DNA from: a virus
Virus record (IMG/VR): IMGVR_UViG_3300009177_000030
Span: 1 to 64,000 of that record
Reading direction: 5' to 3' (one strand)
Length of the DNA: 64,000 bases
The translations under genes were made by a program, and so were the position numbers. Position 1 is the first letter of the stretch; every line of letters starts with the position of its first letter. A model generated the notes under the pieces. The model made no database searches. It saw only the letters and a program-made list of their open reading frames with translations, and was not told the origin of the DNA. Shown one piece after another: positions 49,391 through 59,223 of the stretch.

Positions 49391-49719
49391 AAACCACAAC
49401 GCAGATCCTGAACAATCTCTACAGCCTGGTGTGCGTCTTGTGCGCTGTATGGGCAGAGATGCCACCCGCCGCGCTTGACGTGCTCCCCGCACCGTGGAAG
49501 CATTACGTTACGGTCGGAGCTATGGCTGCGATGTGGATCAAGGGCCACTATAACCTGTTTATTACACCGAATGGCGCGAAACTCCAGCAGTTCGTCAACG
49601 TTGGATCTCAGCCGGGAGTTGTGAGTTACGCCAGCGGCCAGGTCGCGCAAGAGGCTCCAGGTATTCCGCCGGTTCCAACCGAGGTGAAGGTTTCGGCTGA
49701 TCCCAAGGTGGCAGAGTGA
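49387..49719 (+). CDS. Holin-like membrane protein
   Basis: Two hydrophobic segments, ATGA coupling. Confidence 0.5.
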   Translation: MKTTTQILNNLYSLVCVLCAVWAEMPPAALDVLPAPWKHYVTVGAMAAMWIKGHYNLFITPNGAKLQQFVNVGSQPGVVSYASGQVAQEAPGIPPVPTEVKVSADPKVAE

Positions 49720-49958
49720 AAATGTCCGAAGTCAAACCGGGAATGCGGTTGCGTTCAACGGTTTCGTATCATGGCGCGCCCGATGAATTCGCCAACGTCA
49801 CGGAGCTGACTGATAAGGGATTCCGTTACTCGTTGGATGCTGCCTATTCAATGATCCCGCGCTGGGGAATGTCTGTGAATAAAGACGGGCACGAGCATTT
49901 CGGGCTGTTGGGCGATGCGCTTTTTGAACTGGCTGATCCAAAGGTAGTGACAGAATGA
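49716..49958 (+). CDS. Hypothetical protein flanked by junction repeats
   Basis: GTGA/ATGA overlaps; ends ADPKVVTE like the upstream gene's ADPKVAE. Confidence 0.6.
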   Translation: MKMSEVKPGMRLRSTVSYHGAPDEFANVTELTDKGFRYSLDAAYSMIPRWGMSVNKDGHEHFGLLGDALFELADPKVVTE

Positions 49959-50457
49959 AAATTCCAAATTTTTGCGGTTTTTGCTGGCTCCTGATCCCAC
50001 TCGAAGAATTCACCAGACCGGGCGAAGGACTTCACGTTACCGGGCACGTTTGTCTGGCTGATCGTGGGGCCAATGTTCCGTTCGATGACGATTACCATAA
50101 ACGAGCATTCGCGTCATGACCGGCGCAATCTCCCCAATCGAAACGCTCTTGCGCTCGATCTCCAATCTGGACGTGGAAAAGTCGCTGGACCATTCGACGA
50201 AATCGGAACTTCTTAAGCGGGCGGATGATCTCGAATCCATCGCTAAGGGAATTCGGGACTACGCGGGGCAACCGAATCCCCCCGCAGTTAACGATCCTTC
50301 TTGACTGGTCGATCTTTCCGCACTCGCCGGCGCATCTGCGAAACCCAACCTGTTTTGGCTAATTTAGGCGGATCAGGTGGCGGCGTGGCAAGTCTGGCTA
50401 TGTTCGTTTGATTGGGCTTGTAGATGCGCACGTTCGGGCACGGCTTAAATTCTTCGC

Positions 50458-51201
50458 TCACTTCGTCTCCTTGTCTACTGGGGAGTCTGTCCACTGTCCC
50501 GCTGGGATGCGCCATCGCTTTGATAATTCCCGCATAGGGAGATTCTTGATATATGAATCGCAATCCGACTCGCGACTTGTGACGAGAACCGCAAATCCGC
50601 CTTCAAATACGCTCCACTCCCACTCCGTTTGCCGCTCAACTGGAGGGGCCTGCTTCATGGCGACACCGTCGATGATTGCCATGTCGTCATCGTTGAACAT
50701 CGTCAACTTAACCAGAGCATCCATGTTCTCCCATAACTTGGAAATAAGGAGGTATGCGGCAATCAACTTGGCCTCAATAACGGAAATGTAGGGTTTGCGC
50801 CGATCCGATTCCGCTGCTTTGGACTCTGCCGCATCTGCACGCCATGCTTCCGCTTGTGCCTGATTCCGAGCTTCGTCTCTTTCCCGCTCCGCAACTTCCA
50901 GTCGCTCGCGTTCGGCGGCTAGCTCGGCCTGTGCTTTATCGATCATTTCCCTGAACGAGTGCAACTCGCAGGCGAATCCGTTTTCCCGGTCTCCGTGGGC
51001 GCAACCATAGATTCGATGTGGGTCCATCGGGTCCGACTGGCAGATTTGATGCGCCCCGTCGAGTACAAACGGATTTCCGCCGCAGTTCGCCCACTTCGTG
51101 ACGGTTGCCACCTTTCCCTGTGCTGCTTGCAGCGCAGCGCGGAGGGCGGCATTCTCTCGGGCCAGCCCATCCATTATTTCCACGTCAGTATTTTCACTCA
51201 C
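50458..51201 (-). CDS. Mosaic coiled-coil hypothetical protein
   Basis: AAGGAG RBS, coupled. Confidence 0.6.
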   Translation of the reverse strand: MSENTDVEIMDGLARENAALRAALQAAQGKVATVTKWANCGGNPFVLDGAHQICQSDPMDPHRIYGCAHGDRENGFACELHSFREMIDKAQAELAAERERLEVAERERDEARNQAQAEAWRADAAESKAAESDRRKPYISVIEAKLIAAYLLISKLWENMDALVKLTMFNDDDMAIIDGVAMKQAPPVERQTEWEWSVFEGGFAVLVTSRESDCDSYIKNLPMRELSKRWRIPAGQWTDSPVDKETK

Positions 51202-52023
51202 TTGTTTTCTCCTTGCCCTCGGCGCGGCGGATGGCTTCTATGGATCTCGCTCGGCGGCACGTAAAGCAGATGCAGGTTCCGAAACACACAGTTTTTTGGC
51301 AGGTTCCAGCAAGACGCGCAAAATCCGAAATCTCATCTTTCAGCGCCGCCAGCAGTTCCGCTTTCTGCTTACGTATGGCCTGAAGCTCCAAGAGCGCGTT
51401 CAGATTGTCTTCGCCTGCAACACGAGCCGCCGCGACTGCGCAATACTTCCTAACGTACTCCCGCTTGTTGGCTATCAACTCCTCCAGCCGCGCGTCGCTG
51501 ATGGGTTCACTGGGCATTGGCGATCCTTTTGCGGGCTTCTTTCCAGTCAACCCACTCGCGTCGGGCGGTCAACAGTTTTGCATAAACATCAATCGTCAGC
51601 ATAGCTAGAAGACCGAACAGGAACAGAAATAATCCGGCCAGCATCGGCCCCACAAGCCACTCGTGTCGTGTTAGAAACTCTGTGAATAATTTACTCATCT
51701 CTTTCCTCCCCATAAGGCTGCGTGTGCGGAGCGGGTCACTGAATCGACCGCCTGAGTTCCGAAATCTCCATGTGCCGCTTGTCATAAAACTCCGCGCACA
51801 TCTCCAGAAAGTCTTCGCGCGACATCTTCAGTATGTTGGCACTCGTGTTCGACGCCAGCGACATCAGGACCGTAATCGTGTCGAGAATATTCAGCCCAGG
51901 CAGAATGGCTAGCACTTTCGTCTGAACCGCTTCCATCTGTAAATCACGTTCGCTTTTCAAGTTCGTCCTCTCCCGGCAGTATGCCGGATTACCTAACAAT
52001 GGGAATTATATACATGAGTACAG

Positions 52024-52152
52024 TTAGCCTTTCTTTGCAGCACGTTTGGCCCTCTTTTTTTCGCGGCGCTTCGATGCCTTCTGTTTGTCCTTCGGCTTGT
52101 AGTTCAGGACTACATCGGAGATCAGGTCTAACTCTTTTGGGGTGGTTGTCAT
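52024..52152 (-). CDS. 42-aa basic peptide at IS right end (copy 2)
   Basis: MTTTPKELDLISDVVLNYKPKDKQKASKRREKKRAKRAAKKG. Confidence 0.75.
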   Translation of the reverse strand: MTTTPKELDLISDVVLNYKPKDKQKASKRREKKRAKRAAKKG

Positions 52153-52946
52153 ATAAAACTCAAAACCTCTTGAGAAAGTCTCTTTGCTGCAATCTCACAG
52201 TAGCGTTCCTCGATTTCGATTCCAATGGCGGGACGCCCTGTTTCCTTGGCCGCTCGGAGAGTTGTACCACTGCCAGAAAACGGATCTACTACCAGACCTG
52301 GCTTTGTCGTTTCCATGGCACGCAGCGGCAGTCCGATTGGAAACGGAGCCGGGTGCTCTGTGCCGGATTCTTGCGGTACGTACCAAACATCCCCGACTCC
52401 GCTTGCGCCCTTATCGCGGAGCCTGAAGGCAGGTTTTGCCAGAATCATAATCCACTCGTGGGTGGGAACGTAGTGCGTGGGCGCGAAGTTTATTCCACCG
52501 GCCCGTTGCCAGATGACAATCTGCCTAAGTGGCAACCCTGGATTCAAGGACGTAGGGAGCCACACTTCGCAACTCTGCGCGCGTGGTTTGTGGTTATAGT
52601 AAATCGCGCCTTCCTCTGTCAATTGCGAGTAGCAGAGCGTAAGTATGTCGCGTTGCCACGCTTCATACTCCGGCCATGGCATAGCGTCGGTGCAGACGCC
52701 GTAACCGTCCGCGAGTGCCCCACCAGACCATTTACCGCACCCGCCGCGCGCCTTCCCCATCCTCGCGTCATCGGAGTAATGACCGTGATTGCGAACGAAT
52801 TTAGAGGCAAACCCACCGCCCGTGGTGACTCCAAGATTGTACGGCGGCGACGTGAATATCAAATCCGCCGGCGGCAGTGTTGGGAGAACCTCACGACAGT
52901 CTCCGTGGTAGATCGTGATATCGCCATGCTGGTAATACGGCTTCAC
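52149..52946 (-). CDS. DNA amino-methyltransferase (beta class, N4-C/N6-A)
   Basis: TSPPY catalytic motif, HPAPFP, DPFSGSGTT, GIE. Confidence 0.93.
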   Translation of the reverse strand: MKPYYQHGDITIYHGDCREVLPTLPPADLIFTSPPYNLGVTTGGGFASKFVRNHGHYSDDARMGKARGGCGKWSGGALADGYGVCTDAMPWPEYEAWQRDILTLCYSQLTEEGAIYYNHKPRAQSCEVWLPTSLNPGLPLRQIVIWQRAGGINFAPTHYVPTHEWIMILAKPAFRLRDKGASGVGDVWYVPQESGTEHPAPFPIGLPLRAMETTKPGLVVDPFSGSGTTLRAAKETGRPAIGIEIEERYCEIAAKRLSQEVLSFI

Positions 52947-53725
52947 GCGATCACCTTCGCAATCAACTGCTCATATGTGAGGCGCTTCCCGACAATGGCG
53001 TCGATGAACGACTCCAGCCGCCTCATGGTGTGGCGCTTCACATCGCCCTCGTTCAGCCGGAACGTGAATTCGTCAACGTATCGGTGCAGATGCTTCGGAG
53101 ACACCTGATGGTAAACGCCATGAATGCCACGCTTCAGAACCGCCCAGACCGATTCAATCGAGTTGGTGTTAGCCAGACCCCGCGCATACTCCCCGGCGCT
53201 GTGGTTGACGCTCTCGTGCGAATAGAAAAGGCCGTCCAGATCGTTAAACACCATGTGGTCATCGGTGTAAAGCTGGCTACCCACTTCCACGTTGGCGTGA
53301 ATCTCGCCGTGGATAAAGTCCAGCGACCGTTGCTCCACGACTTGCGCCCGCGTTCGACCGCCACGCTCCCGCATTCCGAGCACGGCGACCTTGCCGACCG
53401 CGCCGCGTCCGGCCTTCAGTTTCTTCGATTCGTGCTTGTTCTTTTCCTTGCCGCCTACAAACGTCTCATCAATTTCGATGATGCCGCGAAGTTTGTCGAT
53501 GTTGTCAGGGCTGGAGCACGCCTCACGCAACCGGCCCAGAATGAACCATGCAGTTTTCTGCGTGACTCCGATCTCCTTCGCCAGTTGCATCGAACTGATA
53601 CCCTTGCGTGCCGTGACAACAAGATACATGGCGTAGACCCATTTGTGAAGCGGAACCTTAGACCGCTCGAACACCGTTCCGGTGCGCACCGTAAAATCGA
53701 AGTTGCAGGCATTGCAGCGGAAAGC
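52943..53725 (-). pseudogene. 5'-truncated IS1595 transposase
   Basis: Only the second CxxC of the Zn ribbon remains; HTH and catalytic motifs intact. Confidence 0.85.
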
Positions 53726-54141
53726 CGGTGCGCTTGATGCTCAGTAAATTCGAGCAACTGAAAGACCGCCGAATTCGAATGGACAGGTTGATAACGAAAG
53801 CTAAGTCCAAGTTGGATAGGGTAAACGCCATGATCAAGAAACATTCGGCGGAAATGGAACCAGCCAAATCGGCTGAAATTACTGAGTCAATAAAATCGTT
53901 TCTTGCCGTCTTGGATGGGATGCATCGGATGGTGGCGGAATCCAAATGACCCTCCCCCAAGAAAAATACCCAACCTGCTCCAAACGCTTTCTGTTCAACA
54001 GCGCCATATCGTTCCATGAAGCGCAGGAGAACGCCTTCCGTGGGTTCACCCGCCGGAACTCTCGTTATAACGGTCAGCGGATCGGATGGGCGGCTACGAA
54101 GTTTATTCTGGAGGAGATGTTTTGGAGGGAGCCTCGTTAAA

Positions 54142-54486
54142 ATGGAAGTCTACATCTCCAATCTAGTCATCCGCCCCTTGAACGAATCCCCGTTTAGCCA
54201 GGAGCACGCGAAGAAGACAGAAGGTTCCGCTGAAAAAGTCTGCTGGATCTGCACTCTTCCATTGGGCCGCAAGAAAGGTCCGCAGCATCTTCGAAAGTCA
54301 CGCGATCACGTAATTCCGCAAGTCAAGGGAGGTAGATTTATTCTCGGAAATATTCGGTGGGCTCATTGCTGGTGCAATAGCGCGCGCGGCCATCATGATT
54401 TGACGCCGGAGATTGTTTCTCTCTGTCAGGACAAAATTCGGAAATCGCTTCAGGCTTTGGGATGGAATGGAGGGCCGTGGTGTTGA
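54142..54486 (+). CDS. Small HNH endonuclease
   Basis: CWIC, DHVIP..KGG, N...AH.WCN..RG. Confidence 0.8.
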   Translation: MEVYISNLVIRPLNESPFSQEHAKKTEGSAEKVCWICTLPLGRKKGPQHLRKSRDHVIPQVKGGRFILGNIRWAHCWCNSARGHHDLTPEIVSLCQDKIRKSLQALGWNGGPWC

Positions 54487-54720
54487 GTAGATGGGCCGAA
54501 GAAAACGGAAATAACGGAGCATGCGAGTGTTGCGGTCGCAAGATCTGGATCGAATCGGGATGCGCTCCCCGTTGTGATGCGTGTGGCGACTGCGACCCGG
54601 AACAGGGCTGCAGTTTAGATCGAGGGCCGCAGACTCTCGCTGACGTTGGAATGTGTGAGGACGATTTTAGATGAGAAATACTTTGGACGCCGTTCGGGCA
54701 GAGTTGGGGAGGTTTAACTT

Positions 54721-55398
54721 ATGAGTCTTGACAGAGTAACAATAACTGGCGCAGACGACAATACGTCGATTGAAGAACTGTTCAGCCTGAGCCTTGAATT
54801 CCCGTTCGTGGAGTTCGGTATCCTGGTATCGAGTTCAAGGGAAGGCTCACCACGATATCCTTCACGTGACTGGTGTCGGCGTCTCAATGACAAGATTGAC
54901 GGCCGAACGCGGATCTCGGTCCATGTCTGCGGTTTATGGGCGCGTGAGATATTCGCGGGGACTGCGGACTTTCGGAAATTTCCTACTTTGTATCCAGCCC
55001 GGATGCAGATCAACGGAACGACTGCGACCGAAGGGTTTACAACGAGGTCGATTGACCAATTTCCGAATACCCAGTTCATCATTCAGTATCCGCGATCTCA
55101 GGATTTTCTGGAAGCCGCCCGCATACAGGGAGTCAACATAGTCCCGCTATTTGATGAATCGGGCGGAGAAGGTAAACGACGGGAGTCATGGCCCCTGCCA
55201 GTTCCGGACTTCTATTGTGGGTTCGCGGGAGGAATCGGCCTTGATAATGTGGCCACGGTGGTCCGGGATCTATCCGAAAAGTGCTCCACGCAGTTCTGGA
55301 TTGACATGGAGGGGCGAGTACGCGACGAAAAGGACAGGATGGATCTGGATTGCGTTGGACAGATTTTGGGCGTCTGCGCTCCGTTGGTGGTTGCATGA
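54721..55398 (+). CDS. TrpF/PRAI-like TIM-barrel protein
   Basis: LFDESGG.G, GFAGGIG.DN, WIDME..VR phosphate-binding barrel motifs. Confidence 0.6.
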   Translation: MSLDRVTITGADDNTSIEELFSLSLEFPFVEFGILVSSSREGSPRYPSRDWCRRLNDKIDGRTRISVHVCGLWAREIFAGTADFRKFPTLYPARMQINGTTATEGFTTRSIDQFPNTQFIIQYPRSQDFLEAARIQGVNIVPLFDESGGEGKRRESWPLPVPDFYCGFAGGIGLDNVATVVRDLSEKCSTQFWIDMEGRVRDEKDRMDLDCVGQILGVCAPLVVA

Positions 55399-56582
55399 GA
55401 AACCCCCAAGAGCAATCAGACTTCATGGCCAGTCGCCAGCACGGGATCGGCGGCAGCGACATCGGATCCCTTTTGTCAAACCAGATTCCGGTTGAGTACG
55501 GCTGTGAGCGCAGGCTCTGGCTTCGCCTTTCTGGCTATCCCACCGACGGCCCGGACCATTCCACAGAGCCGATGATTTTAGGCCAAATATTGGAAAAGTA
55601 CATAGTCCGTGCCTATCAGGACCGCACCGGCAACACAGTAAAACAGTTCGGACTCAAGAAACACCCGACCGTCGACTGCCTGCAGTACCACGACGACGGC
55701 GAGATATTTCCTCACGCCGACCATCCGCGCAAAACCAACGGCGTCTTGGAATGCAAAGGCATCGGGCGCGAGATGATGGCGAAGGTTCATGAGTTCGGAA
55801 TTATCCCGGACTACATTCTGCAGGCACAGTCGGGGATGGCAGCGTTCAAATTAGATTGGGCGGCCTTCGCGGTCGGCATGCGCGAAGACCTTATGCCGTT
55901 GGTGGTCATCGAAATGGCCGCAATCATCGCCGGCGAACCAATACCAACGCTCCCGCGGCAACCGAAGATTGTCACGTTCGAAGTGGAGCGGGACGACGCG
56001 ATCTGCAATGCGATTGAATCTTACGCCCCGAAGTTCTGGGGCACACTGAAAGACGAATCAAAGATCCCGCCGCGGGAAGAACCGGAATCTCCCAAGTGCC
56101 AACGATGTCCGTATGCCAAGCAATGCCAGGGTGCCGCCGTAATGGAAGGCATCCAGACAGAGCACGGAGTCCCTGAACGCCGCGACCTTGATCTGCTGAT
56201 TCAGGAATACCGGGATCGATCGGCATTGCTGGAAGAGGCCACCGACCTCGTTAACGAGACGCAGCGAAAGTTCAAAAACGCGCTCGACAAGACGACCGCC
56301 GTCAAGGTCAACATCGAAGGCAAGTGGAAGAACATCATTTACCGCATCCGCAAGGGTGCTGAGCGCGTTGATGGTAAGCGGATGGCTGCGCAGTACGATG
56401 CGTTGCGCAGGGCTGCTATTGAGGCTGGAGTGGCTGGTGCTGAGCTCGTGCCGCCGTCTGGGCAGTTCATTAATGTTGGGATGCCGTCGAGACCTTTATT
56501 ACTTTCATCGGTATTGCCGAAAAAAGAGAAAAAACCCGGCGAGGTGCCGGAGACGGATGAGGAAAGTTACGAGGATCTGTAA
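55395..56582 (+). CDS. YqaJ/lambda-exonuclease family recombination nuclease
   Basis: R..GIGGSD, G..LE, DG, LECK, Y..Q; Cys cluster C..C.Y...C. Confidence 0.85.
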   Translation: MRNPQEQSDFMASRQHGIGGSDIGSLLSNQIPVEYGCERRLWLRLSGYPTDGPDHSTEPMILGQILEKYIVRAYQDRTGNTVKQFGLKKHPTVDCLQYHDDGEIFPHADHPRKTNGVLECKGIGREMMAKVHEFGIIPDYILQAQSGMAAFKLDWAAFAVGMREDLMPLVVIEMAAIIAGEPIPTLPRQPKIVTFEVERDDAICNAIESYAPKFWGTLKDESKIPPREEPESPKCQRCPYAKQCQGAAVMEGIQTEHGVPERRDLDLLIQEYRDRSALLEEATDLVNETQRKFKNALDKTTAVKVNIEGKWKNIIYRIRKGAERVDGKRMAAQYDALRRAAIEAGVAGAELVPPSGQFINVGMPSRPLLLSSVLPKKEKKPGEVPETDEESYEDL

Positions 56583-56590
56583 AATAATCC

Positions 56591-56619
56591 TTGCAACCAG
56601 AACACTCTCGGGCTACACT
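56591..56619 (+). promoter_or_regulatory. Sigma70-like promoter, leaderless configuration
   Basis: TTGCAA-17 bp-TACACT, ATG 8 nt downstream. Confidence 0.65.
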
Positions 56620-56627
56620 ATCCTTTC

Positions 56628-56894
56628 ATGGCAGATTTACTAAAAGCCTCCTCGCTCTCCGAATAGCAACTCCGCAAGAGCGCCAAGCGTCTGGTCGCTT
56701 CCCGACTGAAATGTGAAGAAGACGAAGCGGCGATGCTGTCTAATCTGCACGTGTACCTGAAACTGAACGGTACGGGTGCTGCTACCCGGCTGTGCAGTAA
56801 TTGCGGGATCGTTAAGGCTCGGTTGTCGGAGCTCGTAAACGGTAAGCGTGGGGTTCCGGTGGACATGGCTCGACGGATTGCGGGGCTGAAGTGA
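56628..56894 (+). pseudogene. XRE/Cro-like HTH gene with in-frame TAG at codon 13
   Basis: MADLLKASSLSE*QLRK...CGIVKARLSELVNGKRGVPVDMARRI; GTGA overlap with the next gene. Confidence 0.6.
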
Positions 56895-57166
56895 CCAAGC
56901 ACGAAGGAATCGCCCCGTACCGCAAGGCTGACAATCCCCGCGAGCGAATATTTGCAGAAGAGTGGGATCGCCAGAATAATCCTCCGAACAATCAGCCAGG
57001 AACTCTCCAGTGGTTGCTCCATTCGAACGGAAGCCGCGTTGATGGGAATCCGTGTTCTGGCGAAGAGATCAAGATTGCCGCTACCGTAATCCAGTGGCTC
57101 GGTTCGCCGGTTGGATTCTCGTGGCTCACGCAGGTTATGGAAAAGATTGAAAAGGAAGTTAAATAA
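56891..57166 (+). CDS. Conserved hypothetical phage protein
   Basis: NPRE..FA..W...AATVIQWLGSPVG..W. Confidence 0.65.
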   Translation: MTKHEGIAPYRKADNPRERIFAEEWDRQNNPPNNQPGTLQWLLHSNGSRVDGNPCSGEEIKIAATVIQWLGSPVGFSWLTQVMEKIEKEVK

Positions 57167-58678
57167 ATGAGCACCCAACCACTATTAGGCACAACCCCAC
57201 GCCCCAACACAATGATCGGAATCACCCACACGTCCGACGGGCGTAAGGTGATCCGCGAGTCCAAAGCCCTCAAGGTAGGCATCGGCTATCCCCGCGGGAA
57301 AGCTGCCGATGTGTTCGTGGACACTGACGGCGCGTGGAATATCCGAGTCGGCAAGTACGGCTCCGACAAGAAAATGAAATGGGAGACGGTGGCGAAGTTC
57401 CCCACGAAAGATACACTACCCGGCGAGTCCCGGGCCAAGGCCGAGAAAGCCTTCCGCCAGGCATGGAAGGATTCCGACGTTTGCACGTATCCGCGCAAGG
57501 TGGCCTTCTTTCAATTCACAAAACCGATCATGGGCGAAGACGGGGCCGAGATCTACGTTCCTGACTTCGATGCTATCGAGGCGTACTCGTTCAGGAAGGA
57601 CCGCTCTGGCCCTCCGACCGAGATTGACATCATCTTTCTCGATGATGAGCCCTTCACTGGTGGCTACCAAATGTGGAGTGCATCCGAACTGAAGTGCTCC
57701 GGCGACGGCGAGAACGCATTGCGGGTTCTGTCAATGGCTTCCACCCCGGAAGAGAAAGCATTGGCCGAGGAGGCCGCCAAAACCGGCAAGAAGCATTTCC
57801 CAGTTGTTGGCGGCTGCTGGACCTGCAACTGCCCGTACGCGAAAGAAACAGCCGGTCCGCGTGGCCCGCAGCCAGCACCTTGCAAACCAGGCGCCGACAT
57901 CAAGTTCCAGTTGATGGGGAGTATGCTAATGCGCGTGGGCGGCACGGCGTTCTTCCACACGTCCAGCTTCCGCAGCATCTCTCAGATTTTCAGTTCAATC
58001 GAACGCATTAAGGAATTGACCGGCGGGCGGATCGCTGGCATTCCTCTCAAGATGATGGTCCGGTCGCACAAGACCAACCATAACGGCCAAGCCGCTATTC
58101 AGCAGAACGTTGCCATCGAGTTCCGCGCGAGCGATATTGATGACCTGCGCAAGAACCTGATTGAGCAGGCCTGGAAGTTCCGGCAGGCAACCGGAATTAT
58201 TCTACCTGCTCCCGCGCGCATGATCGAGGCAGCGCCGACGGAAGAAGAGACGCCAATGAGCGCTTCCGCGATGGCGTCTGAGTTCTATCCTGAGGCGGAT
58301 GATGACCAGCCCGAGCAGGAGCCAGCCTCCCCCGCCGCCACAGCCACAGCCGCAAAAACGGAAGCGCTGAGCGACAAGCTGAAGAACGCGAAGAAAGCAG
58401 ATAAACCAGCGGAAGCCGCGAAAGACCCGGGTGCGGCGCAGAACGAGGTTCAGCAGGCCACTCCCGCACCCGCCGCCGGTAAATGGCCCGACCGCCAGGC
58501 AATGAACGCCGACTTCAACAAACAGAAGGCGCGGATCGGGGAACCAGCATTCGAGGCAATCCGACAGAAGCATGACGTTCTGATGGGTGGACTGAAGTTT
58601 GATGATCCGAAGGCCGTTGCGATGTTTGAGGAGATGGCTGCGGCGCCGATGGCGGTTACTTCCGAGGATGTATTTTAG
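57167..58678 (+). CDS. Gp3-like (recombination directionality factor-like) protein
   Basis: IG, Y.MW....L.C.GDG, C.CP, CKP, TSS..SI motifs; next to YqaJ nuclease. Confidence 0.6.
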   Translation: MSTQPLLGTTPRPNTMIGITHTSDGRKVIRESKALKVGIGYPRGKAADVFVDTDGAWNIRVGKYGSDKKMKWETVAKFPTKDTLPGESRAKAEKAFRQAWKDSDVCTYPRKVAFFQFTKPIMGEDGAEIYVPDFDAIEAYSFRKDRSGPPTEIDIIFLDDEPFTGGYQMWSASELKCSGDGENALRVLSMASTPEEKALAEEAAKTGKKHFPVVGGCWTCNCPYAKETAGPRGPQPAPCKPGADIKFQLMGSMLMRVGGTAFFHTSSFRSISQIFSSIERIKELTGGRIAGIPLKMMVRSHKTNHNGQAAIQQNVAIEFRASDIDDLRKNLIEQAWKFRQATGIILPAPARMIEAAPTEEETPMSASAMASEFYPEADDDQPEQEPASPAATATAAKTEALSDKLKNAKKADKPAEAAKDPGAAQNEVQQATPAPAAGKWPDRQAMNADFNKQKARIGEPAFEAIRQKHDVLMGGLKFDDPKAVAMFEEMAAAPMAVTSEDVF

Positions 58679-58814
58679 TTTCGCCGGCTGATAATTGCGC
58701 TTCCCCTCGACGCGCAGGTCATATACAGAAATCCGGCGATGTTGTAAGCCTGAAAGGGTAAAGGGAAGCCCCGGCGGAGAATCTCGGGGGAGACGACCAA
58801 AGGGGCTCGAATTT

Positions 58815-59150
58815 ATGCCACAAATTTACACACAAAAAGACCTCGGCTATCCCAGAACGCCAACTACGGCATTGTTCCGCGTGGAAATGGAAGACAAGTC
58901 GCTCTGGGACGTTCCGGTGCAGGCGATTGTTGACAGCCGGGATGAGCACTACGCTAGCGATAAAGAAGACACCATAGGATTTATACACGAAGGTGGACTC
59001 TCTGATGTCGAGATCTTCGACTGGGCCGGGAACAACATGAACTGGGATGACGTGAAGGAGTTCGCGGTTCAGGTGCCATCACCCAAGGTCGAGATTGACT
59101 GGGAAGAGGGCTGGAACTCTGGCGAGAAGGAGATTGTGGGGAAGGTTTAG
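58815..59150 (+). CDS. Acidic hypothetical phage protein
   Basis: DWA.NNMNW.DV pattern; GGGG RBS. Confidence 0.65.
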   Translation: MPQIYTQKDLGYPRTPTTALFRVEMEDKSLWDVPVQAIVDSRDEHYASDKEDTIGFIHEGGLSDVEIFDWAGNNMNWDDVKEFAVQVPSPKVEIDWEEGWNSGEKEIVGKV

Positions 59151-59223
59151 GTTTTATGCACCCGGCATCCCGCAAGGGGTGGCTCTGTCTCACGATGGGG
59201 TGGTGGTTCCCGGGTGCTCCAGT

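Larger units (their letters stand above)
52001..53725 (-). mobile_element. IS1595-family (ISNwi1-like) element with passenger gene, left end deleted (copy 2)
   Basis: Same GGGAATTATATACATGAG end and 152-bp module as copy 1; transposase frame continues up to FRCNAC then hits a TGA. Confidence 0.85.

Noticed and set aside
50523-50531. ATAATTCCC as the missing IS left end
   Set aside because: Wrong side of copy 2, inside a coding region, and only a 9-bp match.
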